Origin: an uncultured Acidobacteriota bacterium
GTDB taxonomy: Bacteria > Acidobacteriota > Vicinamibacteria > Fen-336 > JAGNNV01
Assembly (NCBI GenBank): GCA_964646485.1
Contig: CAZYEA010000002.1
Span: forward strand, 1 to 58,146
Length of the DNA: 58,146 nt
Reading direction: 5' to 3'
A program made the translations under genes and the position numbers. A model generated the notes under the pieces. It was given only the letters and a program-made list of their open reading frames with translations, searched no databases and was not told where the DNA came from. Below, piece after piece: positions 42,859 through 51,775 of this stretch. Positions within the stretch are counted from its first letter, which is position 1. Each line of letters begins with the position of its first letter.

Positions 42859-45415
42859 GTCGGTCTATAGGTCCTCGAAGGGCGGCGGGATTTGGCGAAG
42901 CATCGCGCGCCAGATTGTGCTCATCTCCGCCCTGTCCGCGGCCATGTTAACGAGCGCCTCCGCTCAGACCGCAATCGACCCGGCGCTTACCGAGGCTCTC
43001 CGCGGCTTCGAGACCGCTTTGCGACAGAAGGACATGGCCCGGGCCCTCGAGGCCTGGGAGTTCGCCACCCCCGCGGACCGGGCGGCCCAGGAGACCGAAT
43101 TCCGTGGGGTCTTCTCCGCGCGCGACGTGAGCCTCTCCTCCGAGCCACCCGCGGTGAGCGCCGACGGCCAGACTGCGGCCACGCTTGGAACCTTGGCCCA
43201 GATCTCCGAACCTCGGGGCGCCGTCGAACAGTGGAGCCTCACCTGGGCCCGAACGCCCGCGGGCTGGCGGATCACGAAGAAGGAGTCCTTCGGCGGCATC
43301 GACGGTCTCGTTCATCTCGTCCTGAATACCGCGGGTTTCGTGGCCACGGGACAAACCATCGAGCTCGAGGACTTCACCCTCAAGATGAACGAGGGCACGT
43401 TCTTCCTGAACACTCAGGAAGCCGGACCCACCGCCCTCGTCTTCGTGGGGAAAGGCCGCGTCACCTTCACTCCGCGGCCCGTCACCGAACGCGGTCAGAT
43501 GAAGATCTTCGCCCGGTCCGAGATCCTGGAGGACGACGTGTCGCGGGCCTTCCTGCGCCTGCACCCGGCCGACCTCTACCGAACCCTCAAGCCGGGGAGG
43601 TTCGCGGACGACCCGCAAAGCGCCAGGAGCCTTGCCAAAGCTGCCGAGTTCTTCGAACAACACAAGACCGACTCCTTCGTCCTTGACTCACCGGTGGCGG
43701 GAGCGCCGTGGTGGCTGCTGCCCGGCCTGGGCGATGCGGCCATCGCCTTCGAGAGCCGCCGCTTCGGCACCCTGACCCTGACCCTGAGTTCGTTCGACAA
43801 CGAAGGGGTGAGTCTGTTCAACCGCTCGACCCAGCGGCAGATCTCCGTTTATCCAAGGGCCGCCGCCCTGGGTCAGCCCCCAAACGACGAGTCCGCCTTC
43901 GACGTGGTCCATCACGACCTCGCGATCTCGCTCAACCCCGAGACCTTTGACCTGACCGGGCGCGACACCGTGGAGATCGAGGTCAAAGCACCGGTGAGTT
44001 CTTTCCGGTTCCATCTCGACGATGCCTTGCAGGTCCGCTCGGTCCGATCGAGGGAAGGCGGACGACATCTCTTCTTCCGGGTCCGGGGCCAGGACACGGT
44101 ACTCGTATCCATGGGCCAGCTCTCCGAGAGCGTGGGGCGCCTCCATCTCTCCGTGGACTACATCGGCCGACTCCCCGCGGGTACCGTGGAAAGCGAGATC
44201 CTTCAGGTCAACCAGGATGTTGCCGCGGACGAAGGGCCCGCCTTCTTCATCGACCCGGCGCTCATCTACTCGCGGCGACGATCGTTCTACCCTCAGGTCG
44301 GCGAGGAGGACTACGCAACGTCCACTCTGAGGGTCACGGTACCGGCGGACTGGTCGGTGGTGTCGGGAGGGACAAGGACCGAGGCGGTGGAGAAGACCAC
44401 GAGAACGGTCACCCACGAACAGAAGCTCAGCGGCAAGTACATCGCGTTTCTGGTGGCCAGGCTGGTTGCGGTGGCGAGCGAGCGGTCGGAGTCGATCGCC
44501 TTCGACGCCTACAGCCAGACCAGGGCGCGAAGGGAGGCGGCCCGCTCCGTGACCATGCTCAAAGCGGCCGCTCAGTATTACGGCCGCCTCTTCGGGCCCC
44601 TTCCCTACACGCCCCTGAACATGGCCCTCGTCGAGGCCCCGGTGCCCGGCGGCCACTCCCCTCCCGGCCTCATCATCGTGCAGCAGCGGCCGCCCCTCAT
44701 GGGCGGCGGGCTCAAGGATGATCCCGCCACTTTCTACGACATTCCCGGTTTCTTCCTGGCCCATGAACTGGCGCACCAGTGGTGGGGGCAGGGCGTCACC
44801 CCGCGCTCCTACCGTGACCGCTGGATTTCGGAGGGATTCGCCCAGTACGCCGCCGCCTTGTGGACGCGCGAATCCCTGGGTGAGGACTCGTTCAATCGGG
44901 TGCTCCGAAAGCTCGTGACCTGGTCCCGGCGGATGACCGCGGCCGGGCCGGTCGATCTCGGAAACCGCGTCGGCCACATCCAGAACAATGCCCAGGCGCA
45001 TCGCGCCGTGGTCTACGACAAGGGCGCGCTCGTCCTGGACATGGTGCGACGCCTGGTCGGGGACACTGCCTTCCAGAAGAGCCTGACCAGGCTCCAGGCC
45101 GACCGCCGTTTCTTGAAGGTGGATTCGGAGATGGTACGCAAGGCTTTCGAGGCGGAGGCCGGCCTGGATCTCGATGCCTTGTGGGAAACGTTCGTGCGCA
45201 ACACCGAGATTCCCTCCATGCGGGTGGAAGCAACCTCCAGCGGGCCGGCCATCGTGGTGAGCGGGTATGAGGGCCCGCTTCCGGTCTCGGTGAACGTGGA
45301 TGGGAGGCGCCTGGAACTCGTGGTCAGGGGCCGGCTTCAGATTCCCGGCGCCGCGTCCACGGCGAGGGTCGAACTCGACCCCGACAACATCGGCCTGGTC
45401 ACGGTCTCCCGTTAG
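42857..45415 (+). CDS. secreted M1-family zinc metallopeptidase (aminopeptidase N-like)
   Basis: Gluzincin motif FFLAHELAHQWWG plus WISEGFAQYAA. Signal-like N-terminus ..IARQIVLISALSAAMLTSASAQ. The start at 42857 is uncertain; it overlaps the divergent ccdA start in the sequence CATG. Confidence 0.8.
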   Translation: MSVYRSSKGGGIWRSIARQIVLISALSAAMLTSASAQTAIDPALTEALRGFETALRQKDMARALEAWEFATPADRAAQETEFRGVFSARDVSLSSEPPAVSADGQTAATLGTLAQISEPRGAVEQWSLTWARTPAGWRITKKESFGGIDGLVHLVLNTAGFVATGQTIELEDFTLKMNEGTFFLNTQEAGPTALVFVGKGRVTFTPRPVTERGQMKIFARSEILEDDVSRAFLRLHPADLYRTLKPGRFADDPQSARSLAKAAEFFEQHKTDSFVLDSPVAGAPWWLLPGLGDAAIAFESRRFGTLTLTLSSFDNEGVSLFNRSTQRQISVYPRAAALGQPPNDESAFDVVHHDLAISLNPETFDLTGRDTVEIEVKAPVSSFRFHLDDALQVRSVRSREGGRHLFFRVRGQDTVLVSMGQLSESVGRLHLSVDYIGRLPAGTVESEILQVNQDVAADEGPAFFIDPALIYSRRRSFYPQVGEEDYATSTLRVTVPADWSVVSGGTRTEAVEKTTRTVTHEQKLSGKYIAFLVARLVAVASERSESIAFDAYSQTRARREAARSVTMLKAAAQYYGRLFGPLPYTPLNMALVEAPVPGGHSPPGLIIVQQRPPLMGGGLKDDPATFYDIPGFFLAHELAHQWWGQGVTPRSYRDRWISEGFAQYAAALWTRESLGEDSFNRVLRKLVTWSRRMTAAGPVDLGNRVGHIQNNAQAHRAVVYDKGALVLDMVRRLVGDTAFQKSLTRLQADRRFLKVDSEMVRKAFEAEAGLDLDALWETFVRNTEIPSMRVEATSSGPAIVVSGYEGPLPVSVNVDGRRLELVVRGRLQIPGAASTARVELDPDNIGLVTVSR

Positions 45416-48400
45416 CGAGTCTCGCGATGCCGCGGTCCGCGAAAAGGACCAGGCCCTGGTCCTTTAGCAGAAGGGCGGCCTCACGAAGGCCGCGATAACT
45501 CTCGAGGCTCGCGGGGTCGAGATCGGCGGCATCCTTGAAGAGGCGGGCGGCCGCGGTCGCGTTCCCCTGCTGAAGCTCGAACACTCCGAAGTTGTTCCGC
45601 GAGGCCGGCGCCTCGGGCGCGACCTCCAACAGGCGACGGAAAGCGACGCGCGCCTCGCCCGTTCTCCCGAGCTGGGCCAGAGCCAGCGCCCGGACTTCGA
45701 GGGCCCTCGACTCGAGCGGGTCGAAGCTGAGGGCGCCTTCAGCCAGCCGCCTTGAAGGTTCGAGCCGGCCATCCCGCAGTTCGGCTTCGGCGGCGAGGCC
45801 AAGCGCTTCCGCATCCTTGGCGTTCAGCGCGAGCGCGCGCCCGATCAGCTTGCGCATGGACTGAAGATCGCCCGCGGCCGACTGAATCTCGGCGGCGAGC
45901 AGGTAGGCGCGCGGCTCTTTCGGATCCAGGCGGGCGGCCGCTTCGAGGGAGCGAAGTGCTACCTCGGGGCGGTCGGTATTCCATTCGAGGAGGCCGCGAG
46001 CCACCAGAAGGGCGGCGCTCGGCGCGCGTTCGAGGGCGTCATTGAGCGTGGTCTCAGCCGCCTCCGTGCGGTGCAAGGCGACGGCACTCCTCACAAACTC
46101 TTCCGCGATGGCCCGATCCGAGAGACCCCGGGCGAGGGCGCGTTCCCCCAGGTCGTAGATCCACTCCGGGCTCTCCGAGGACTTGAGCAGAGTGAGACGC
46201 GCGCGAATCAACGCGGGATCCTCGGGCGCGTCCCCGGGCAGGAGCTTACGGCGATTCGGGGTCGAGGTCTGGGCGTGAATCGAGAGCGGCGCGCTGAAGT
46301 CGAGGACCGGCGCGTCGTCTGTATGCCGCCGGGCATCTTGAAGCCAGGGCAGGTCGGAGAGGAGAACGCTCGGAATCGCCTCGAGAAGCGCGGGGCTGAG
46401 CTTCGACTGTGCGAGATCCGCGCGCGCCGCCTCGGCAAGTCCGGCGAGCCTCGTCTTGAGCAGCGTGGTTCCGCTCTCGCTTCCAATGATCAGGATGTCG
46501 GCCTCGCTGATCACGTAGACGCGCGCGAAGGGGAACACATCGCGGAAGGTAGCGAGCAGGGTGGCGAGGTCCGCCTCGCCCATGTTGTAGAGATGGCCCC
46601 ACTGGCAGAAGACGCCGCCTCGAGTGAGCCGCGATTTCACCGAAGCGAAGAACTCGCGGGTGAACAGGGCCGACACCCCGGCCATCCACGGGTTGGAGGG
46701 CTCGGAGATGATGACGTCGAAGCGGTCGGGGGTCGAAAGCACCAGCGGTCGGGCATCGCCCACCACGAGCTTCAGCCTGGGGTCGTCGAGAACCCGGTGG
46801 TTGGCCTCCGCGAAGAATCGCCGCGCCGCCTCGACCACATCCTTCGAGATCTCCACCGCGGTCACGGACTTAGGGTCGTGAGCGAGAGCAGCGCTCGCGG
46901 TGACGCCGCTGCCGAGGCCGATGACGAGGGCTCGCTCCGGCTTCGCGCTGATGAGGAACGGCACGTGCGCGAGCAGGCGCTGGGTCAACATGTCGCCGCC
47001 CGAGGTCGCGTCGACCTTGCCGTCGACGGCGAGGGAGAACGATGAACCCACGCGCTTCACCGAGACGTTGGCCACGCGGCCCTCCGCATAGGAGACGAGC
47101 TCGCCGCGGCGCAGCACGTCCTCGACGGTGAGACCCGGATCGTAAGCGGAGTACTTGTAGGCGCCGCCCGCGAAGAGTTCCCGGTCGAAGGCGGGCGCAG
47201 TCATGAGCGCGCCCATGGCGAGAATGGCGGCGAGCCCGCCCGCGAGCCGGGTCACCCAAAGCCCCTGGATCGCCACCAGAAGGGCGGACAGGGCGGAGAC
47301 AAGTGCCGCGAGGCGCAGAGTGCGATCGAGGCCGATTCCGGGAAGCAGGTAGAAGCCGGCGAGCGAGGCGCCCAGGATCGCGCCCAGGGTGTTGAAGGCG
47401 CTCGCGAAGCCCATCGCCTCCGCCGCGGTGTGCCTCGATCGCAGGAGGCGCAGGCCCAGGGGAAAGAGCGCGCCGGAGAGCGCCGCGGCGGGAAAGAGGA
47501 GAACGAGCGAGCGTTCCGCCTGGAGCCCGATCAGCGCGTCGGGCTGGTCGACGAGACGCCGCACTTCGGCGCCGTAGACGAGGGGCATGGCGGCGAGAGA
47601 CCGGATCACCCAGGCACTCGCGCCCGCAACGCCGGCCTGGGCCAGGGCGAAGGCGAGTCGGGGGTCGGGCAGGAGTGTCAGAACCGCGCTCGACAGCAGG
47701 GCACCGGCGGCGAGCCCGAGGACGATCGCGCCCAGAACGAAGGCGAAGGCGTGCACGGTAGGGCCCGCGATCAGGATGAAGGCGCGCGTCCAGGCCACCT
47801 CGTTCGCGAGCCCCGCAAAGCCCGCGGCGAAGAGAGCGAGCAGTATGAACAGCCCCGGCCAGCGGGAGAGGGGGACGGGGTCCGGCGACGCGGCGCCTTC
47901 GGCGGGCTCCGCCGCGGCTTTGAGTTTCTTTCCCTTCCGCGCACCGTCGTCGACCTCCACGCTCGTGTCGGGGCCCGCGACCGTGGCGCTCACGACCTCC
48001 GAAGGCGTGCGCCACCACGCAACCAGCGCGGCCGTGAAGTTGAGCGCGGTCGCGAAGAGAATCGTCCCGCGAACACCCAGTCCCGGCACCAGATACAGGA
48101 CGCTTCCGTAGGCTCCCAAGACCGCGCCGAACGTGTTCGCGGCAAAGAGAAGGCCGCTGGTGCGGGCACTCGCCGCAGGATCCTGCGCGGTCGACAGCAC
48201 GTGGGTCTGGACCACGAGGGTCGTTCCCATGAGACCCGCGGGAACGAGAAGGAGGGCGATCGCGACGAGCCAGGCCGGCAGGGCCCCGCTTCCCCCGCGG
48301 AGCCACTCCAGCGCAGGCAGGATGAAGGCAAGGACGAGGGCCGAAGCACCGATGGCGAGCTCAATCCGCGCGTACAAGGCCGCCGCCGCGGCGGCCCGCC

Positions 48401-48611
48401 TGCCGGCCACCAGACGGGGCCCAAGAGCGCTCCCAAGGGCGAGGCCGGCCATGAAGACTGCGGTCACCGCGGAAACCGCCTCGATAGTGGAGCCGAAGAC
48501 CAGGGAGAGGATGCGGGTCCACATCACCTGGTTGAGCAGAGCGGCGCCTCCGGAGCAGAGGCTCGCGAAGAGGAAAGCCGGGAGCAGTGAGCGATGGGAG
48601 GAACGGGGCAT
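45399..48611 (-). CDS. fused polytopic membrane domain / spermidine-synthase-like methyltransferase fold / TPR repeats (1070 aa)
   Basis: About 14 TM helices (roughly aa 1-480), then ALVIGLGSGVTASAALAH..VTAVEISKDVVEAARRFF..DVIISEPSNPWMAGVSALFTREFF (spermidine synthase-like), then C-terminal TPR units (..EVALRSLEAAARLDPKEPRAY.., ..LGRTGEARVAFRRLLEVAPE..). Confidence 0.8.
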   Translation of the reverse strand: MPRSSHRSLLPAFLFASLCSGGAALLNQVMWTRILSLVFGSTIEAVSAVTAVFMAGLALGSALGPRLVAGRRAAAAAALYARIELAIGASALVLAFILPALEWLRGGSGALPAWLVAIALLLVPAGLMGTTLVVQTHVLSTAQDPAASARTSGLLFAANTFGAVLGAYGSVLYLVPGLGVRGTILFATALNFTAALVAWWRTPSEVVSATVAGPDTSVEVDDGARKGKKLKAAAEPAEGAASPDPVPLSRWPGLFILLALFAAGFAGLANEVAWTRAFILIAGPTVHAFAFVLGAIVLGLAAGALLSSAVLTLLPDPRLAFALAQAGVAGASAWVIRSLAAMPLVYGAEVRRLVDQPDALIGLQAERSLVLLFPAAALSGALFPLGLRLLRSRHTAAEAMGFASAFNTLGAILGASLAGFYLLPGIGLDRTLRLAALVSALSALLVAIQGLWVTRLAGGLAAILAMGALMTAPAFDRELFAGGAYKYSAYDPGLTVEDVLRRGELVSYAEGRVANVSVKRVGSSFSLAVDGKVDATSGGDMLTQRLLAHVPFLISAKPERALVIGLGSGVTASAALAHDPKSVTAVEISKDVVEAARRFFAEANHRVLDDPRLKLVVGDARPLVLSTPDRFDVIISEPSNPWMAGVSALFTREFFASVKSRLTRGGVFCQWGHLYNMGEADLATLLATFRDVFPFARVYVISEADILIIGSESGTTLLKTRLAGLAEAARADLAQSKLSPALLEAIPSVLLSDLPWLQDARRHTDDAPVLDFSAPLSIHAQTSTPNRRKLLPGDAPEDPALIRARLTLLKSSESPEWIYDLGERALARGLSDRAIAEEFVRSAVALHRTEAAETTLNDALERAPSAALLVARGLLEWNTDRPEVALRSLEAAARLDPKEPRAYLLAAEIQSAAGDLQSMRKLIGRALALNAKDAEALGLAAEAELRDGRLEPSRRLAEGALSFDPLESRALEVRALALAQLGRTGEARVAFRRLLEVAPEAPASRNNFGVFELQQGNATAAARLFKDAADLDPASLESYRGLREAALLLKDQGLVLFADRGIARLANGRP

Positions 48612-48706
48612 CGGGAAGTCTTTTGAAAACGAGGCCCGGCGATCCTACAGGCGGTTCTCCTCGCGACGAGGAGAGGGCGTATCTTTGCGGCTTCAGGAGA
48701 GAACTG

Positions 48707-49219
48707 ATGTCGCGGATGCTTCGCCTCGCCCTCATCCCCGTGCTGGCCGCGGTCGCGTTCACGAACGCGGATGAGGACGGCTGGGAAAGAATGGACCGGC
48801 CGGCCGTGAAGTTCTCGATCGACGAGATCGCCTCGGGCAAGCTCACCGAAAAAGCATTCTCAGGAAAGGTCGTGGTGGTGGATTTCTGGGCCACCTGGTG
48901 CGGGCCCTGCGTCCAGGAGCTGCCGGAGCTCGCCCGTTTCGCCGCGAACATCAAGGACCGCAAGGATGTGGCCTTCCTGAGTTTCAGCGTGGATGACGAC
49001 AAGGCGGACGTGGAGAAGTTCTTCGCCACGCGCAAAGAGAAATTCCCCGTCTACATGGCCTCCACCCTCTCCGATCGCATGGACGTGCTGATCTTCCCCA
49101 CCAAGCTCATCATCGACGGGCGCAAGGGCGCCCCCGGGCGGATCCGAATGAAGAAGGAAGGCGTGATCGAGACCGCAGAGCTCGAGGCCAAAGTGGCGGA
49201 GATCCTGAAGAAGCCGTGA
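48707..49219 (+). CDS. TlpA/ResA-like periplasmic thioredoxin (thiol:disulfide oxidoreductase)
   Basis: Signal peptide MSRMLRLALIPVLAAVAF, active site VVVVDFWATWCGPCVQELPEL. GGAGAG RBS upstream of the ATG at 48707. Confidence 0.85.
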   Translation: MSRMLRLALIPVLAAVAFTNADEDGWERMDRPAVKFSIDEIASGKLTEKAFSGKVVVVDFWATWCGPCVQELPELARFAANIKDRKDVAFLSFSVDDDKADVEKFFATRKEKFPVYMASTLSDRMDVLIFPTKLIIDGRKGAPGRIRMKKEGVIETAELEAKVAEILKKP

Positions 49220-51219
49220 TCCGCGGCACCCTCCTCGCGGGGGCCTTCGCAGCCTGGGCGGGCGCCGCCTCGCTTTCGCCCGCGGTCGGCGCGGGCCGGA
49301 CCGATCCCGACCCGGAGTCGGCCTTCGTCGGATCGCAAACCTGTCGCGGGTGCCACGCCGCGACGCATTCGAGCTGGACCAACGGCCGCCACTCGCGCAT
49401 GCTCCAGGAGGCGGGCCCGAAGAGCGTGATCCCCCGTTTCGAAGGCACGCAGACCCTGCGGGGCAAGGAATATCGGCTGGAGCGCGATGGGGACTCCTAT
49501 TTCATGGTCGAGCGCTACCTCCAGGACGCTCCCACCAGGCGTCGCGTCGATTACACCCTGGGCTCGCGCCGCGTCCAGCACTATCTCTCGAAGCTCGATG
49601 ACGGTCGGATCGTGGTGCTGCCGCCTTCGTACGACGTCGAGAAGAAGGAGTGGTTCCACAATCTCGACATCGTCGATCTCGAGGAGACGGGAGAGGTAAA
49701 GGTCCAGGTCTGGAACACGAACTGCTTCGGCTGCCATGTGAGCGGCGAACAGAAGGGCTTCGACCCAAAAACGAAGACATTCGAGACCACCTGGACCGAT
49801 TTCGGGACGACCTGCGAGCGCTGTCACGGCCCCGGACGAGCGCACGCGACGAAGTACGCGGCCCGAAAGAAGGGCGAGGCGGAGGTCGGCACGGTGGAAA
49901 CGCGGTCCATCCTCTCCCCCGCCTCGACCGACGATCGGGACACCGCGATCGTCCACCCGCGACGGCTCGATGCGGAGGCGAGCACCACGCTGTGCGCCCA
50001 GTGCCACACCCTCCGCGACATCACCCAACCAGGATTCGCAGGCGGTTCGAACTACTACGACTACTTCACCCCTCTCCTCGAGTACGCCCAGAAGCGCAAT
50101 CACGACCCCGCTTATTGGCCGAACGGCCGCCCGCGGCGTTTCTCCAACGAAGCGGTCGCCTTCTGGCAGAGCCAGTGCTACTTCAAGGGCGGCGCCACGT
50201 GCCTGTCCTGTCATACCGACGTCCACGAGCCCGATATCGACAAGAACTCCACCCTGGTCGCGAAACAAGACGCCCTTTGCGCGGGGTGTCATGCGCAGAT
50301 CGCGAAAGAGGCCTCGGCGCACTCGCGCCACACGAGCACCACCTGCGTGTCGTGCCACATGCCACGCACCTCGATCTCTCTCCGTCACCGTATGCCCGAT
50401 CACACGATCTCGGTCCCCGCACCTTCGAACACGACGCGCTTCGGAATTCCGAACGCATGCAACGAGTGCCACAAGGACAGGAACCCGGCGTGGGCGGAGG
50501 CCCAGCTGGTGCGCTGGTTTCCGAAGGGCCGGCGTGACCTTTCGGTGGACGATGCCGTGGCCTTCTCCCTCGGAGTCAAAGGGGATCCCGCGGGCCTCGC
50601 TCCTCTGGTGAAGATCGCTTCGGACGCGACGCGGCCACCCCTCGTCCGCGCCAACGCGCTCGGTCATCTGCGCGCCTACAAGGACGAGGCGGCAACCGCC
50701 GCCCTGCTTGCGGGCGCCAGGGAATCCCATCCCATGATTCGGGCGGTCGCGCTTCTGTCGTTGACGGACGAGGGGCGGACTCCTTCGGTCCGCGCGGCCA
50801 TGGAGCGGGCCATAGGAGATGACCGGCGCACCGTGCGCATGGCTTCCGCCCTCGGACTCCTGAACGCAGGTGTTCGGCCGGAGGGATCGGACCCGCTCTC
50901 CTCGGCCCTGCGGTCCGCCATGGGCGAGCACGCCGCTCGTGCCGCCTTTCTGCGCGACGATGCTCTGAGTCAGCTCGACCTCGGGAAGATGTTCTTTCTC
51001 GCCGGAGATTGGAAGGGCGCCGAGGTCTCGGTGCGCGATGCGCTCGCCCTCAATCCGAAGATCGCCGGCGGTCGATACTTCCTCGGTCTTGCCACCCTGG
51101 GCCAGGGACGCCTGGAGGAAGGCAAGGCTTTGCTCCGCGGCGTGGACCGGAAGGACCCCCATCGCAAGGACGCCGAAGCGATCCTCGCGAGGCTTCAGAC
51201 CACCGGACCGAAGAACTAG
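49216..51219 (+). CDS. octaheme c-type cytochrome fused to C-terminal HEAT-like and TPR-like repeats
   Basis: Eight CXXCH motifs: CRGCH, CFGCH, CERCH, CAQCH, CLSCH, CAGCH, CVSCH, CNECH. Signal peptide. The C-terminal roughly 230 aa are helical repeats (..PLVRANALGHLRAY..HPMIRAVALLSL..RTVRMASALGLL.. then ..GDWKGAEVSVRDALALNPK..). The GTG overlaps the tlpA-like stop (GTGA). Confidence 0.85.
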   Translation: MIRGTLLAGAFAAWAGAASLSPAVGAGRTDPDPESAFVGSQTCRGCHAATHSSWTNGRHSRMLQEAGPKSVIPRFEGTQTLRGKEYRLERDGDSYFMVERYLQDAPTRRRVDYTLGSRRVQHYLSKLDDGRIVVLPPSYDVEKKEWFHNLDIVDLEETGEVKVQVWNTNCFGCHVSGEQKGFDPKTKTFETTWTDFGTTCERCHGPGRAHATKYAARKKGEAEVGTVETRSILSPASTDDRDTAIVHPRRLDAEASTTLCAQCHTLRDITQPGFAGGSNYYDYFTPLLEYAQKRNHDPAYWPNGRPRRFSNEAVAFWQSQCYFKGGATCLSCHTDVHEPDIDKNSTLVAKQDALCAGCHAQIAKEASAHSRHTSTTCVSCHMPRTSISLRHRMPDHTISVPAPSNTTRFGIPNACNECHKDRNPAWAEAQLVRWFPKGRRDLSVDDAVAFSLGVKGDPAGLAPLVKIASDATRPPLVRANALGHLRAYKDEAATAALLAGARESHPMIRAVALLSLTDEGRTPSVRAAMERAIGDDRRTVRMASALGLLNAGVRPEGSDPLSSALRSAMGEHAARAAFLRDDALSQLDLGKMFFLAGDWKGAEVSVRDALALNPKIAGGRYFLGLATLGQGRLEEGKALLRGVDRKDPHRKDAEAILARLQTTGPKN

Positions 51220-51746
51220 ACGCCCAGTGTCTTGCGGATGCGCCCGATCTGGCCCACGTGATTCTCGAGGTGTGCGTTCAGGAAGATCATGACCTGGACG
51301 GGTCCGAGAAGTCCGACGAAGGGATGCCGAAAGATGACCCGATCGCCGAGGGAAGCGGGAAAGCCGTCGATGAATTTCCGCCAATCGTCGCGGACCTGAG
51401 CCCAGGCCGCACTCGAGCCCTCGAAGTCCCCGGTCTCCGGCACGTCCCCCATACCCTTCGGCGCTTTGAACTTGAAGGGTAGATGAAAGCCCATGAGCAG
51501 AGCGCCCACTCGAAGCCAGGGCAGGACTCCCGATTTCGGCAAGGCCAGGGGGTCCTGGGTCTTCTTCTTAATGTACTGAAGGGTGCCCGTCTCCGACCTG
51601 GTGACGTGAGCTATCACCTGCAGGATCGACCAGGCGGCCGGGTCGGGCTTGCGGTTCAGCGTCTCACGGTCGAGCGAGGCAAGGCTTCGAAGCAGGGAAG
51701 CCTTGGTGGCCTCCAGTCTCTCGAAGCCCGCCTTCAGGTCTTCCAT
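51216..51746 (-). CDS. DinB-superfamily protein
   Basis: ..PDPAAWSILQVIAHV..FLNAHLENHVGQIGRI: the four-helix-bundle His pattern of DinB_2-type proteins. Confidence 0.7.
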   Translation of the reverse strand: MEDLKAGFERLEATKASLLRSLASLDRETLNRKPDPAAWSILQVIAHVTRSETGTLQYIKKKTQDPLALPKSGVLPWLRVGALLMGFHLPFKFKAPKGMGDVPETGDFEGSSAAWAQVRDDWRKFIDGFPASLGDRVIFRHPFVGLLGPVQVMIFLNAHLENHVGQIGRIRKTLGV

Positions 51747-51775
51747 CGCGCCGCCCCGGGCTCTTTTACTCCCGC

